A stretch of DNA of 32,000 nt, taken from NCBI GenBank assembly GCA_000387965.1, contig APJZ01000001.1, positions 60,001 through 92,000 on the forward strand, in the 5' to 3' direction. Below, in pieces: positions 18,017 through 26,267 of the stretch. A program made the translations under genes and the position numbers. The DNA is from Candidatus Nanobsidianus stetteri. Lineage in GTDB: Archaea > Nanobdellota > Nanobdellia > Nanobdellales > Nanobdellaceae. Under the pieces are notes generated by a model. It saw only the letters and a program-made list of their open reading frames with translations. It did no database searches and was not told the origin of the DNA. The number at the start of each line of letters is the position of its first letter. Within the stretch, counting starts at the first letter, position 1.

Positions 18017-18480
18017 TAAATATTATTGTATAAAAATTTTTTATTTATATTTTCTAAATATTCTCTCAAATAATTTAAAACTATTTCCTTATCCTTTTTA
18101 TAATGATCAAAACTTATTTTTAATAAAAAAGAATCTTCTGTATAATGTAATTTAATAATTTTATTTAATGTTAATTCATCCTTATCAATTCTTAGATAAA
18201 TATTATAATTCTCATCAAAGTTGCAATTATTTTTTATATCTTCAAAATTTAATCCTAAAGAAATCAAATTTCTAAAAAATATATCTATACTATTTTTTTT
18301 ATTAATTTTTATTTCATATACTTCGATTATATTACTTATTAATCCTTTATCTTTATAATTATTTATCTCTATCTTTTTTCTATCAATATCCTTTAATAAT
18401 AGATCAATTGCATTTAATATTTTATTTTTGTCATCCCATTCATGTATATTTACCCTTAATAGTACAAAAGAAATCTTCAT
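18016..18480 (-). CDS. hypothetical protein (154 aa), first gene of the mre11-rad50 operon
   Basis: Its stop overlaps the mre11 start by 1 nt. It has no nuclease or ATPase motif and does not look like NurA or HerA. Confidence 0.5.
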   Translation of the reverse strand: MKISFVLLRVNIHEWDDKNKILNAIDLLLKDIDRKKIEINNYKDKGLISNIIEVYEIKINKKNSIDIFFRNLISLGLNFEDIKNNCNFDENYNIYLRIDKDELTLNKIIKLHYTEDSFLLKISFDHYKKDKEIVLNYLREYLENINKKFLYNNI

Positions 18481-18506
18481 AACAATTATATAAATATATA
18501 GAAAAG

Positions 18507-18514
18507 TTTATATT
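18507..18514. promoter_or_regulatory. TATA box (gaaaag-tttatatt) in a 56-bp divergent spacer
   Basis: The centre is 26.5 nt upstream of the ATG at 18537 (+) and about 30.5 nt from the ATG at 18480 (-). A purine-rich BRE-like gaaaag lies immediately 5'. Confidence 0.5.
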
Positions 18515-18536
18515 TGTAAAAAGCTTTATATTTAAA

Positions 18537-18938
18537 ATGGTAAAAAGAACTCAGAGTTTACCCTTAAATACGATAATTTTGGCAATTATTGCAATAATTG
18601 TACTAGTATTTCTTATATTAATATTCACTGGTGGAATTGGAAAATTTGTTACACAAACTAATCAAGTAAGCGGAGCTAATCAAACAGCTAGTGCACAATG
18701 TTCAGAATATGCATCACAAATACAAACCCAAATGGGAACTGCAACAGACCCAAACGCTCAATTACAAATGTTAGCGAGTTCTCAATATGTAACTTCGGGT
18801 TGTAGCACTACCTATCAATATTCATTTACTCTATACAATGGTTCCGAAGTTGTATGTGGACTTGGTTCAAGTTATAGTTTACAGATTTCTAACGGTAACG
18901 GTAACAGTATCTCAATACCGGGCTGTGAACTTAAATAA
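18537..18938 (+). CDS. type IV pilin-like secreted protein (candidate class III signal peptide)
   Basis: MVKRTQS followed by LPLNTIILAIIAIIVLVFLILIF, then a Gln/Ser/Thr/Gly-rich domain with 4 Cys. Its composition is very unlike the Lys/Glu/Ile/Asn-rich neighbours. An oligo-T run follows the stop. Confidence 0.55.
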   Translation: MVKRTQSLPLNTIILAIIAIIVLVFLILIFTGGIGKFVTQTNQVSGANQTASAQCSEYASQIQTQMGTATDPNAQLQMLASSQYVTSGCSTTYQYSFTLYNGSEVVCGLGSSYSLQISNGNGNSISIPGCELK

Positions 18939-18968
18939 AGATTTATTTTTTATTACTAAATATTATTT

Positions 18969-19607
18969 ATGATAGATAAAAATTATGTTTCATCAATTTT
19001 AGGTATATCAAAAACAAAATTACAAGAATTAATAAATGAAAAAATAAAACAATATAAAAATTTAATTGATGAAGAAACAGCTATTTTATTGATATTAAAA
19101 GAAAGAGGATTAACATTAGAAGATTTATATAATATAAAAGTAAAAAATCTATATCCAGGACTAAAAGTAAAAGAAATAAAATTAAAGATAAATAAAATAT
19201 TAATAAAAAAGGACAATTTAATAATTCTAGAAGCTGGAGATGAAACTGGATTGATTAAGTTAATAATCAAAGATTATAAATGGAAAAGAAAAAAGAATTT
19301 ATTAAAGGAGAACAATAATATAAAAGTAAAAAACGGTGTTGTTCTAAATGATTTTGTTTTATCAATATTCATAAATGATGTAGACTTAATAGAGAAAATA
19401 AATGAAGAAATAGATCTAAATCAAAATTACATATCGTATAGATATATAAGATTATTAAAAGAAAAAGAGGATAATTATATAGTATTGACAGACAATTTTA
19501 ATGTACTATATTTAGAAAAGACTATTCAATTAGAATATAATAAAACATATACAATAAAATTTTATAATAAAAGACCCATTGAAATTATTGAATTAAAATC
19601 CTACTAA
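18969..19607 (+). CDS. RPA/SSB-like OB-fold single-stranded DNA-binding protein (putative)
   Basis: An N-terminal helical leader (ISKTKLQELINEKIKQYKNLIDEETAILLILKERGL) precedes an OB-like block IKVKNLYPGLKVKEIKLKINKI ... LEAGDETGLIKLIIKD ... IKVKNGVV. This mirrors the archaeal RPA pattern (I.DL.PG ... L.DETG.I.L.LW ... V.NG). No Zn finger is present. Confidence 0.45.
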   Translation: MIDKNYVSSILGISKTKLQELINEKIKQYKNLIDEETAILLILKERGLTLEDLYNIKVKNLYPGLKVKEIKLKINKILIKKDNLIILEAGDETGLIKLIIKDYKWKRKKNLLKENNNIKVKNGVVLNDFVLSIFINDVDLIEKINEEIDLNQNYISYRYIRLLKEKEDNYIVLTDNFNVLYLEKTIQLEYNKTYTIKFYNKRPIEIIELKSY

Positions 19608-21377
19608 ACTCATTAACTTATCCGGATCATTATAGTACATACTCATAATTTCTGCAATCTTTCTATAATTTCTTATGTTATTTTCTAACATATATTCTAA
19701 TATCCTTATTTTAAATTTAAAGTTAGTTTCTATATCATTTTTATTCCAGTTTCTAATTTCGGCAATTTTATTTAATACATAACTCTCACTTGATATATAC
19801 GAGTCATCTTTAGGATTCCACTTAAATGAAATTATCCTATCAACATCCTTTTTTTCTTTATTAAATCCAATTATTTCATATATTTTATCTACCCTTCTTA
19901 CATATTTTCCTTGATATCTCAATCTCTTAAGAAATACAACCCCATCCAATACTTCCAATAGAGATGGAGGTAAATTAATTGGAGGAGATAATAATCTATC
20001 CATTAATGCTTCAAAGCTTTCTGCATGTATAGTACCTAAACCAGCATGACCTGTTGCCATCGCCTGGAATAATATATAAGCTTCCTCGCCTCTTACCTCA
20101 CCTACAATTATATAATCAGGTCTTTGTCTCAAAGCAGCTTTTAATAGATCAAACATAGTAACTTCACCATATCTATTTGGACCATATCCAGGTCTTGCAA
20201 CTTCCGATAACCAGTTTGGATGTGGCAACTTTAATTCTGCAGTATCTTCTATTGATATTATCTTTTTCTCTGATTTAATAAATAGAGATATTGCATTTAA
20301 GAATGATGTTTTACCTGTAGCAGTTCCTCCAGATATTAATAATGATCTACCTTCTTCTACTAATGTCCATAAATATGCCAACATATTAAAGTCAACAGTT
20401 CCATATAATAATAGATCAATTGGTGTGAATGGATCTTCTGTAAATTTTCTAATTGTAAACGAAGAACCCCTCCTAGAAATATCTTTTCCAAAGGTTATTT
20501 GAATTCTCGCCCCATTGGGTAAAGCAGCATCTAATAAAGGATTTGCAACAGAAACAATCCTTCCTGTCCTTACAGATAACTTTATTACAAAATTATCCAA
20601 TTCTTCATCAGAATTAAATTGTAAATTTGTTTTTATTTCACCTATTAATGGGTTTCTATGGAATATATATATTGGGTAATTTATACCTGTACAGGAGATA
20701 TCTTCTATTAATGGATCTCTCATTAATGGATCTATTATTCCATAACCAATTGTATCTCTTATTATGTAATATAAGATATAGGGTAATTTATTTGGATCTA
20801 TCCTATATCCTTTTTCTTTTATTATATTTAGAGATTGTCTTATTATATAATTTTTCATATATTCTTCATTTTTTTCCATTCCCAAAGGAAGTTCTGATGT
20901 TCTAGCTAAATCATCAATTATCGAATTTATAATTTTCCTATCATTCTCACTTATATTAGGTTCTACTACATGATATACAAGTTCTCCATATTCATTATCC
21001 CATGATATATCTGCATATGCAAATATATATTCTTTACCGAGAATATTCATTTTTGTTAATGGATACCTATATTGATTTATATTTTCATTTTTTCCATATA
21101 ATTCTATAAAAAATTTAAGCTTATCTTTTTCAGTAATTTTTCTATTTTCTGAAGGTATGCTAACCAAATTTGTATTATGAACTTTTTTGTTTTCTTTTTT
21201 CTTCTTTCTTTTTTCATATTTATTATTGTTTAATGGTATATAAATTGGTTGATATCCATTATTTGTACTCTGTATTATATTTATTTTCTCATTTCTTTCA
21301 TTTAATTTTCTTTTTATTTCAATCTTTTTTCTTACTACATCTATAACGTCATCAATAAAATCATAAAGGTTATTCAT
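19593..21377 (-). CDS. type IV filament assembly ATPase (GspE/VirB11 superfamily; ArlI/FlaI- or pilus PilB-like)
   Basis: DPLIEDISCTG, RGSSFTIRKF, Walker A LISGGTATGKTSFLNAISLFI, SIEDTAEL, LKAALRQRPDYIIVGEVRGEEAYILFQAMATGHAGLGTIHAES. The variable N-domain contains a Lys-rich tract. Confidence 0.88.
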   Translation of the reverse strand: MNNLYDFIDDVIDVVRKKIEIKRKLNERNEKINIIQSTNNGYQPIYIPLNNNKYEKRKKKKENKKVHNTNLVSIPSENRKITEKDKLKFFIELYGKNENINQYRYPLTKMNILGKEYIFAYADISWDNEYGELVYHVVEPNISENDRKIINSIIDDLARTSELPLGMEKNEEYMKNYIIRQSLNIIKEKGYRIDPNKLPYILYYIIRDTIGYGIIDPLMRDPLIEDISCTGINYPIYIFHRNPLIGEIKTNLQFNSDEELDNFVIKLSVRTGRIVSVANPLLDAALPNGARIQITFGKDISRRGSSFTIRKFTEDPFTPIDLLLYGTVDFNMLAYLWTLVEEGRSLLISGGTATGKTSFLNAISLFIKSEKKIISIEDTAELKLPHPNWLSEVARPGYGPNRYGEVTMFDLLKAALRQRPDYIIVGEVRGEEAYILFQAMATGHAGLGTIHAESFEALMDRLLSPPINLPPSLLEVLDGVVFLKRLRYQGKYVRRVDKIYEIIGFNKEKKDVDRIISFKWNPKDDSYISSESYVLNKIAEIRNWNKNDIETNFKFKIRILEYMLENNIRNYRKIAEIMSMYYNDPDKLMSLVGF

Positions 21378-21399
21378 ATATTTAATGAAAACTTAGAAA

Positions 21400-21407
21400 A
21401 ATATAAA
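21400..21407 (-). promoter_or_regulatory. TATA box for the filament ATPase gene
   Basis: The minus strand reads tttatatt, with its centre 26.5 nt upstream of the ATG at 21377. Confidence 0.45.
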
Positions 21408-21408
21408 T

Positions 21409-21789
21409 TTAACTTATATATAAAATAGAATTTGAAGAATAATTCTTATATTGTAAAAAGAAAGAGTTAAAACCCTGACCATAAATAGGGTGAAAATAAG
21501 AATTATTATTCAAATTTATTGATAGTAAATTTCCATTATAAGATATATATACAAAGTTATTAATTGCGCTTATTGAAAATTTATAATTTTGGGAAGGTTG
21601 GCAAAAAAGATTTGCATCATATAGATAAGAATAGTATATGCAAAACTCAACATTTGATCCTATATAATTTAAAACTATTTTATCATAATTTGATGGATTC
21701 GTTATATGATTGAAATATAAAATCATTGATTGAGAAATAAAAAATAATATTAAAGTTATTAATACTATTTCTATTGCATTTACTGGCAT
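21409..21789 (-). CDS. pilin-like protein (126 aa), candidate class III signal peptide
   Basis: MPVNA followed by IEIVLITLILFFISQSMILYF, then an Asn/Ser/Tyr-rich domain. There is a TAATG 1-nt overlap with the upstream 280-aa gene. Confidence 0.5.
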   Translation of the reverse strand: MPVNAIEIVLITLILFFISQSMILYFNHITNPSNYDKIVLNYIGSNVEFCIYYSYLYDANLFCQPSQNYKFSISAINNFVYISYNGNLLSINLNNNSYFHPIYGQGFNSFFLQYKNYSSNSILYIS

Positions 21790-22631
21790 TATACAATAGA
21801 AGCCTGTACATAATAGTATACTAATTGATTACAAACAGTAGAATTTGGATTATTAACTATATTTAATCCATTGTATTGTAAGTTTACATTAACAGAATTT
21901 CCATTTGTTGTAGTTGAAGTCTCTCCCGTTGGCTCTATTATTATCCATTCACATTGTCCATTTTGAGGATTATACATTGGTCTACATGTTATTTGATATT
22001 GTATAACTCCACTTAATTGGGTTGCTGAAAGTAAACACTCTGGATAATATGATACTCCAGCTATTCCGGTATTATATTGGGGAATAAATAGTATACTATT
22101 ATTCTGAACTTTTATATTAAAATCAAAATACTGTGTTATAACATTATTAGTACTTACTAAAGGCAATATTAGAGTATTATTATTTACATCTTGTATTATT
22201 ATATTAGAAGAATTTACTTCAACTATAAGATTGGGAATTCCACATAATTGAATAGAATTATAACCAGATGAAGGTATTGAAATGGTATTATTAACATTAC
22301 ATGGGATATATATATTGTAATTTATTGGAATTACAGAAATAGATGGATTATAGTAAATTGCAGGAGATTGAAAAGAGTATTGGATTAAATTATTATATAT
22401 ATTCAAAGATCCTTTAGGCAAGTTTAGTGTAACTGTTTGAGATCCTCTGCTTTGAACAACAGGCGGTATAGCTTCTGCCAAAGAAATTAGTTGACTCTGT
22501 ATATCATTTACTGTAGACCTAATTTGAGATTTTTGTATTAATGGTACACCCCATTCATATATCCCTATTGACAAACCAACTACAATAAGTCCCAACAATA
22601 AATAACTAATAAGCTGGGATTGTAATTTCAT
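21789..22631 (-). CDS. pilin-like protein (280 aa), candidate class III signal peptide
   Basis: MKLQSQ followed by LISYLLLGLIVVGLSIGIY, then a Gln/Ser/Asn/Val/Ile-rich beta-type domain with several N-x-S/T sequons and 6 Cys. Confidence 0.5.
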   Translation of the reverse strand: MKLQSQLISYLLLGLIVVGLSIGIYEWGVPLIQKSQIRSTVNDIQSQLISLAEAIPPVVQSRGSQTVTLNLPKGSLNIYNNLIQYSFQSPAIYYNPSISVIPINYNIYIPCNVNNTISIPSSGYNSIQLCGIPNLIVEVNSSNIIIQDVNNNTLILPLVSTNNVITQYFDFNIKVQNNSILFIPQYNTGIAGVSYYPECLLSATQLSGVIQYQITCRPMYNPQNGQCEWIIIEPTGETSTTTNGNSVNVNLQYNGLNIVNNPNSTVCNQLVYYYVQASIV

Positions 22632-22663
22632 TTTATAAATATATTAAAAAAATTTATTAATTT

Positions 22664-23215
22664 TTATATCCTTTTACTATAACTTTGTATTGATGAACTT
22701 GTATAACTTATACTTTGATTACCTTTTATATTATCTATTTGCTTCTTAAGATTATCTAATAATTCTGCCACTTTTAGATTGGCTTTTTCTAAGTTTTCTA
22801 TTCTCTTCAATAGTTCTATATTATTTTCATTTGTTTCTTTTTCTTTTGGCCTTAATAAAGCAGCTTCTTTAAATATATCAAATAAATTCTTTATTTCTTT
22901 ATATAAGTTATTTGTAACAACCACCAATTCTGATATTTTTGCCTGTAAATCTATATTACTTTTTATCAATGAATTTACAATTTCCTTATAAAATGAAGTA
23001 TCTATGTTTGATTGAGCATAATACACTTGAGCTTGAGCCTCTTTTTTAATTATTGGATTTGTTTCAGAGGGAATTGAAACCTGTCTTTTTATTTCTTCAA
23101 TATTATTCTTTAATTCACTTTTTAATTTAGCCAAATCGTCCTTTAAATTTTCTATTTCTTCAACCAATTTTTCAACAGGATCTGTTGGCATAAGTTCATA
23201 TTCTGCTGATGGCAT
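22664..23215 (-). CDS. coiled-coil protein (183 aa), function unknown, first gene of the filament string
   Basis: Heptad-like Leu/Ile/Lys/Glu periodicity, for example VEKLVEEIENLKDDLAKLKSELKNNIEEIK and LLKRIENLEKANLKVAELLDNLKKQIDNIK. No TM segment. Confidence 0.5.
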   Translation of the reverse strand: MPSAEYELMPTDPVEKLVEEIENLKDDLAKLKSELKNNIEEIKRQVSIPSETNPIIKKEAQAQVYYAQSNIDTSFYKEIVNSLIKSNIDLQAKISELVVVTNNLYKEIKNLFDIFKEAALLRPKEKETNENNIELLKRIENLEKANLKVAELLDNLKKQIDNIKGNQSISYTSSSIQSYSKRI

Positions 23216-23256
23216 AAAAAAATAAAAAATGTTGATATTTATAAATCTTTTAAAAA

Positions 23257-24918
23257 CTATTCTTCAATTTCTCCCTCTTCTCCCGATTTATTTGAGGATC
23301 CTTCTCCTCCAGTTGATTTTCCTACTGCAGCAATGACATCATCTATCTTTAATATCATTATAGCAGCTTCTACCGCGGACTTTATAGCTTGTATAGTAAT
23401 ATTTGCTGGTTCTATTACATTTTTATCCCACATATCTGCAACTTTACCCTCAGTTGCATCAATTCCTGCCCATTTTTTACCTTGTTCATGCAATGCTCTT
23501 AATTGTGTCATTGCTTCTATAGTATCCATACCAGCATTTTCTGCTAATGCTGCTGGTATTGCTTCTAATGCATCCGCAAATGCTAACATTGCCATTTGTA
23601 TTTTTGATGATTCTTTTTTAGCTTCTTTTCTTATTCCTTCTCCTAATTCCATTTCCAATGCACCACCTCCAGCAATTACTTTTCCATATTTAATTACTGT
23701 TGCAACATCTTTAATTGCATCATTTATAGATCTTTCAATCTCATCTGCAACATGTTCAGATCCCGCTCTTATTAATATTGTAACAGCCTTTGGATTTTTA
23801 CATCCAGTTATAAATATCATATTTTCATCTGCAACTTTTCTTTCTTCAACTAATTCAGCATATCCCAAATCATTTTCTGATAATTCATCAATAGAATTTA
23901 TAATTTTTCCACCAGTTGCTTTTGCTATTTTTTCCATATCTGATTTCTTAACTCTCCTTACTGCCAATATTCCATATTTTGCCAAATAATAAGCTGCCAA
24001 ATCATCGACTCCCTTTTGTACAAATACAACATTTGCCCCTATCTCTTTTATCTTTTCTACCATTTTCCTTAACATTTCTCTTTCTTTATTCAAGAATTGT
24101 TCTAGTTGATCTGGGGAAGATATATTTATCCTGGCATCTGTTTCTGTTTCTTTAATTTCAATAGCATCACCTATTAATGCTATCTTTGCATTTGAAACAA
24201 CCTTTGGCATTTCTCCATGTATTTTTTCCTTATCTATTACTATTCCATCTATTAATGATGTTTCTTCTACGCCACCACCGATTTTCTTTTCAATCTTTAA
24301 TGAATCTAGATCTACAATTATTTTCTTTTCTCCATTTGATAATTCTACAACATCCGTTACTTTCCTAACAGCATCAACAATTATTTTTGCCAATTTATCT
24401 GAATAAATTGATGCTATTTTTGATGATAATGCTGACTTTGCAACTTTTATTAAGGTTTCTTCATCATTCATTGATACTTTCTGAGCTAATTTATTTACTA
24501 ATTCTTCAGCAATAACTGCTGCCTTACTATAACCTTCTATAATAACTGTTGGATGTATATTTTTATCCAATAATTCATCTGCTCTCTTTAATAATTCACC
24601 TGCCAAAACAGTGGATCTTTTAGTACCATCACCAACTTCTTTATCTTGTGTTTTTGCTATTTCTATTATTAACTTAGCAGCAGGATGCTCAACATGCATT
24701 TGATCCAATATTGTTGCTCCATCATTTGTAACAGTTATATCTCCCAACTCATCTACTAACATTTTATCCATTCCTCTTGGACCTAAAGATGTTTTTAATA
24801 TTTCTGATACCAATACAGCTGCCATGATGTTTGATCTCATTGCTTCTCTACCTATTGTTCTCGCATATTTTTCTGGAGATAATACAATAGGATATAATCC
24901 TTTTTTATCTTCTGCCAT
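23257..24918 (-). CDS. ths: thermosome subunit (group II chaperonin)
   Basis: 553 aa. Motifs: LGPRGMDKMLVD, ITVTNDGATIL, EVGDGTKRSTVLAGELL, VIAGGGALEMEL, and an acidic Gly/Glu C-terminal tail. Confidence 0.95.
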   Translation of the reverse strand: MAEDKKGLYPIVLSPEKYARTIGREAMRSNIMAAVLVSEILKTSLGPRGMDKMLVDELGDITVTNDGATILDQMHVEHPAAKLIIEIAKTQDKEVGDGTKRSTVLAGELLKRADELLDKNIHPTVIIEGYSKAAVIAEELVNKLAQKVSMNDEETLIKVAKSALSSKIASIYSDKLAKIIVDAVRKVTDVVELSNGEKKIIVDLDSLKIEKKIGGGVEETSLIDGIVIDKEKIHGEMPKVVSNAKIALIGDAIEIKETETDARINISSPDQLEQFLNKEREMLRKMVEKIKEIGANVVFVQKGVDDLAAYYLAKYGILAVRRVKKSDMEKIAKATGGKIINSIDELSENDLGYAELVEERKVADENMIFITGCKNPKAVTILIRAGSEHVADEIERSINDAIKDVATVIKYGKVIAGGGALEMELGEGIRKEAKKESSKIQMAMLAFADALEAIPAALAENAGMDTIEAMTQLRALHEQGKKWAGIDATEGKVADMWDKNVIEPANITIQAIKSAVEAAIMILKIDDVIAAVGKSTGGEGSSNKSGEEGEIEE

Positions 24919-24939
24919 ATATATATTATATATATAAGA

Positions 24940-24947
24940 CTTATAAG
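24940..24947 (-). promoter_or_regulatory. TATA-like box (cttataag) for the thermosome gene
   Basis: The centre is 25.5 nt upstream of the ATG at 24918. Confidence 0.4.
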
Positions 24948-24968
24948 TTTTGGACAGAAAATTTTTTA

Positions 24969-25472
24969 TTAATTTGATTTTTCCTTATTTTCTATTAATC
25001 TCTTTATTTCTCTTATTATATTATCAATATCATCTTCTTTATTATTATAAAAAACATAATATTCTTTTTTCATTTCCTCTAATTCGTCTTCTATGACTTC
25101 AAGGTTCATCGCCCATATATTTGTAAAAATCTTATGATATGGATAACTTCTTTCTTTTGATAATCTCTCATATAATATATTTGGATCTGTTTTTATAACA
25201 ATATATAAATCTCCTTTATCATATAAATGTGCAAAATTTCCTTCTATAATGATATATTTACTATTTAAATTTCTTATATAATTATCAATTTCTTGAAATA
25301 ACTTATTTTCATCTACTATATATGTTTGTTCAGCTTCATCATATTCTTCATATAAATTATTCTTAATTGCAAAATCATTTATATCAATTAAAATAGCATT
25401 TATCTCTTTTGCCAATCTCTTTGCTATTGTACTCTTTCCAACTCCAGGTACTCCGGTTATACAAATAATCAT
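24969..25472 (-). CDS. Fap7/AK6-type nucleotide kinase (putative adenylate kinase / ribosome-maturation NTPase)
   Basis: 167 aa with P-loop MIICITGVPGVGKSTIAKRLAKE. The family layout matches COG1936 proteins (IIEGNFAHL, LYERLSKERSY). Confidence 0.7.
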   Translation of the reverse strand: MIICITGVPGVGKSTIAKRLAKEINAILIDINDFAIKNNLYEEYDEAEQTYIVDENKLFQEIDNYIRNLNSKYIIIEGNFAHLYDKGDLYIVIKTDPNILYERLSKERSYPYHKIFTNIWAMNLEVIEDELEEMKKEYYVFYNNKEDDIDNIIREIKRLIENKEKSN

Positions 25473-26215
25473 TTCTTTCTTACTACAAATTCTGTTTTTG
25501 GATCTTTATACAATGTAGATTTATTTATTGCTATCATTGGTATTCCGAACAGAGTACTTAATAATCCCTCAAAATATCCCTCCATAAAATATTCTTTTAT
25601 TTCTACATTTTTTTCCTTTAATATATCTTCTATATCTTTTAATATTAGAGATTCTATAGATGAATTTAATGTAATTAAGAAATCCAATGCCTTAATATCA
25701 ATAAATATATCTTCTATTTTTCCAAAACCAAATTTCTCAGTCAACTTAATTATCTCCTTTAGATATTCTTCATTTAAAACCCTTTCTATTCCAGAATACA
25801 TCTTATATGTAGTAGAAATTATAATACCAAATCTTTTTCCAGAATCTCTAATGAAATTTAGATTATTTATTTCTAAAGCTTGTAAATATAAAACCTGAAA
25901 TATTTCTGATGGAATTATTAAGAATTTTATATCGGAAATATTATAAAATTCATTTTTATCTTTTCTAATTAATCTTATTATTGGTGTATTTCCATGAATC
26001 ATCTCTAAAAAGTTTACATCTTCATTTATATACCATATTTTTGCTTTTCCAACAACTCTATAATTTAAATATCCTCTCTCCTTTAATATTTCAAGATGTT
26101 TAGATAATGTAATTCTATTAATATTTAAGATCTTTGATAGTTCAGATATAGTTAATCCATAAGCATTCTGTTTAAGAACCTCCAATAATTTTTCTTCCAC
26201 ATTATTAGTACTCAT
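25469..26215 (-). CDS. winged-helix transcriptional regulator with a C-terminal ligand-binding-like domain
   Basis: The N-terminus LLEVLKQNAYGLTISELSKILNINRITLSKHLEILKERGYLNYRVVGKAKIWYI is a classic wHTH. The C-terminal domain of about 160 aa is unassigned and could be V4R-like, which is weak. There is a 4-nt overlap with the kinase gene. Confidence 0.65.
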   Translation of the reverse strand: MSTNNVEEKLLEVLKQNAYGLTISELSKILNINRITLSKHLEILKERGYLNYRVVGKAKIWYINEDVNFLEMIHGNTPIIRLIRKDKNEFYNISDIKFLIIPSEIFQVLYLQALEINNLNFIRDSGKRFGIIISTTYKMYSGIERVLNEEYLKEIIKLTEKFGFGKIEDIFIDIKALDFLITLNSSIESLILKDIEDILKEKNVEIKEYFMEGYFEGLLSTLFGIPMIAINKSTLYKDPKTEFVVRKK

Positions 26216-26238
26216 TAATATTTTTTAGAATTAGAAAA

Positions 26239-26246
26239 TTTATATA
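26239..26246 (+). promoter_or_regulatory. BRE/TATA (agaaaa-tttatata) for the 26268 gene
   Basis: The centre is 25.5 nt upstream of the ATG at 26268. Confidence 0.5.
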
Positions 26247-26267
26247 TATTTTTCAAAAGATTAATAT

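Noticed and set aside
23333-23989. 218-aa ORF antisense to the thermosome gene
   Set aside because: It is low-complexity (Ser/Ala/Ile/Phe-rich) and lies wholly inside a highly conserved gene on the opposite strand. This is the typical shadow ORF of a stop-poor antisense frame.
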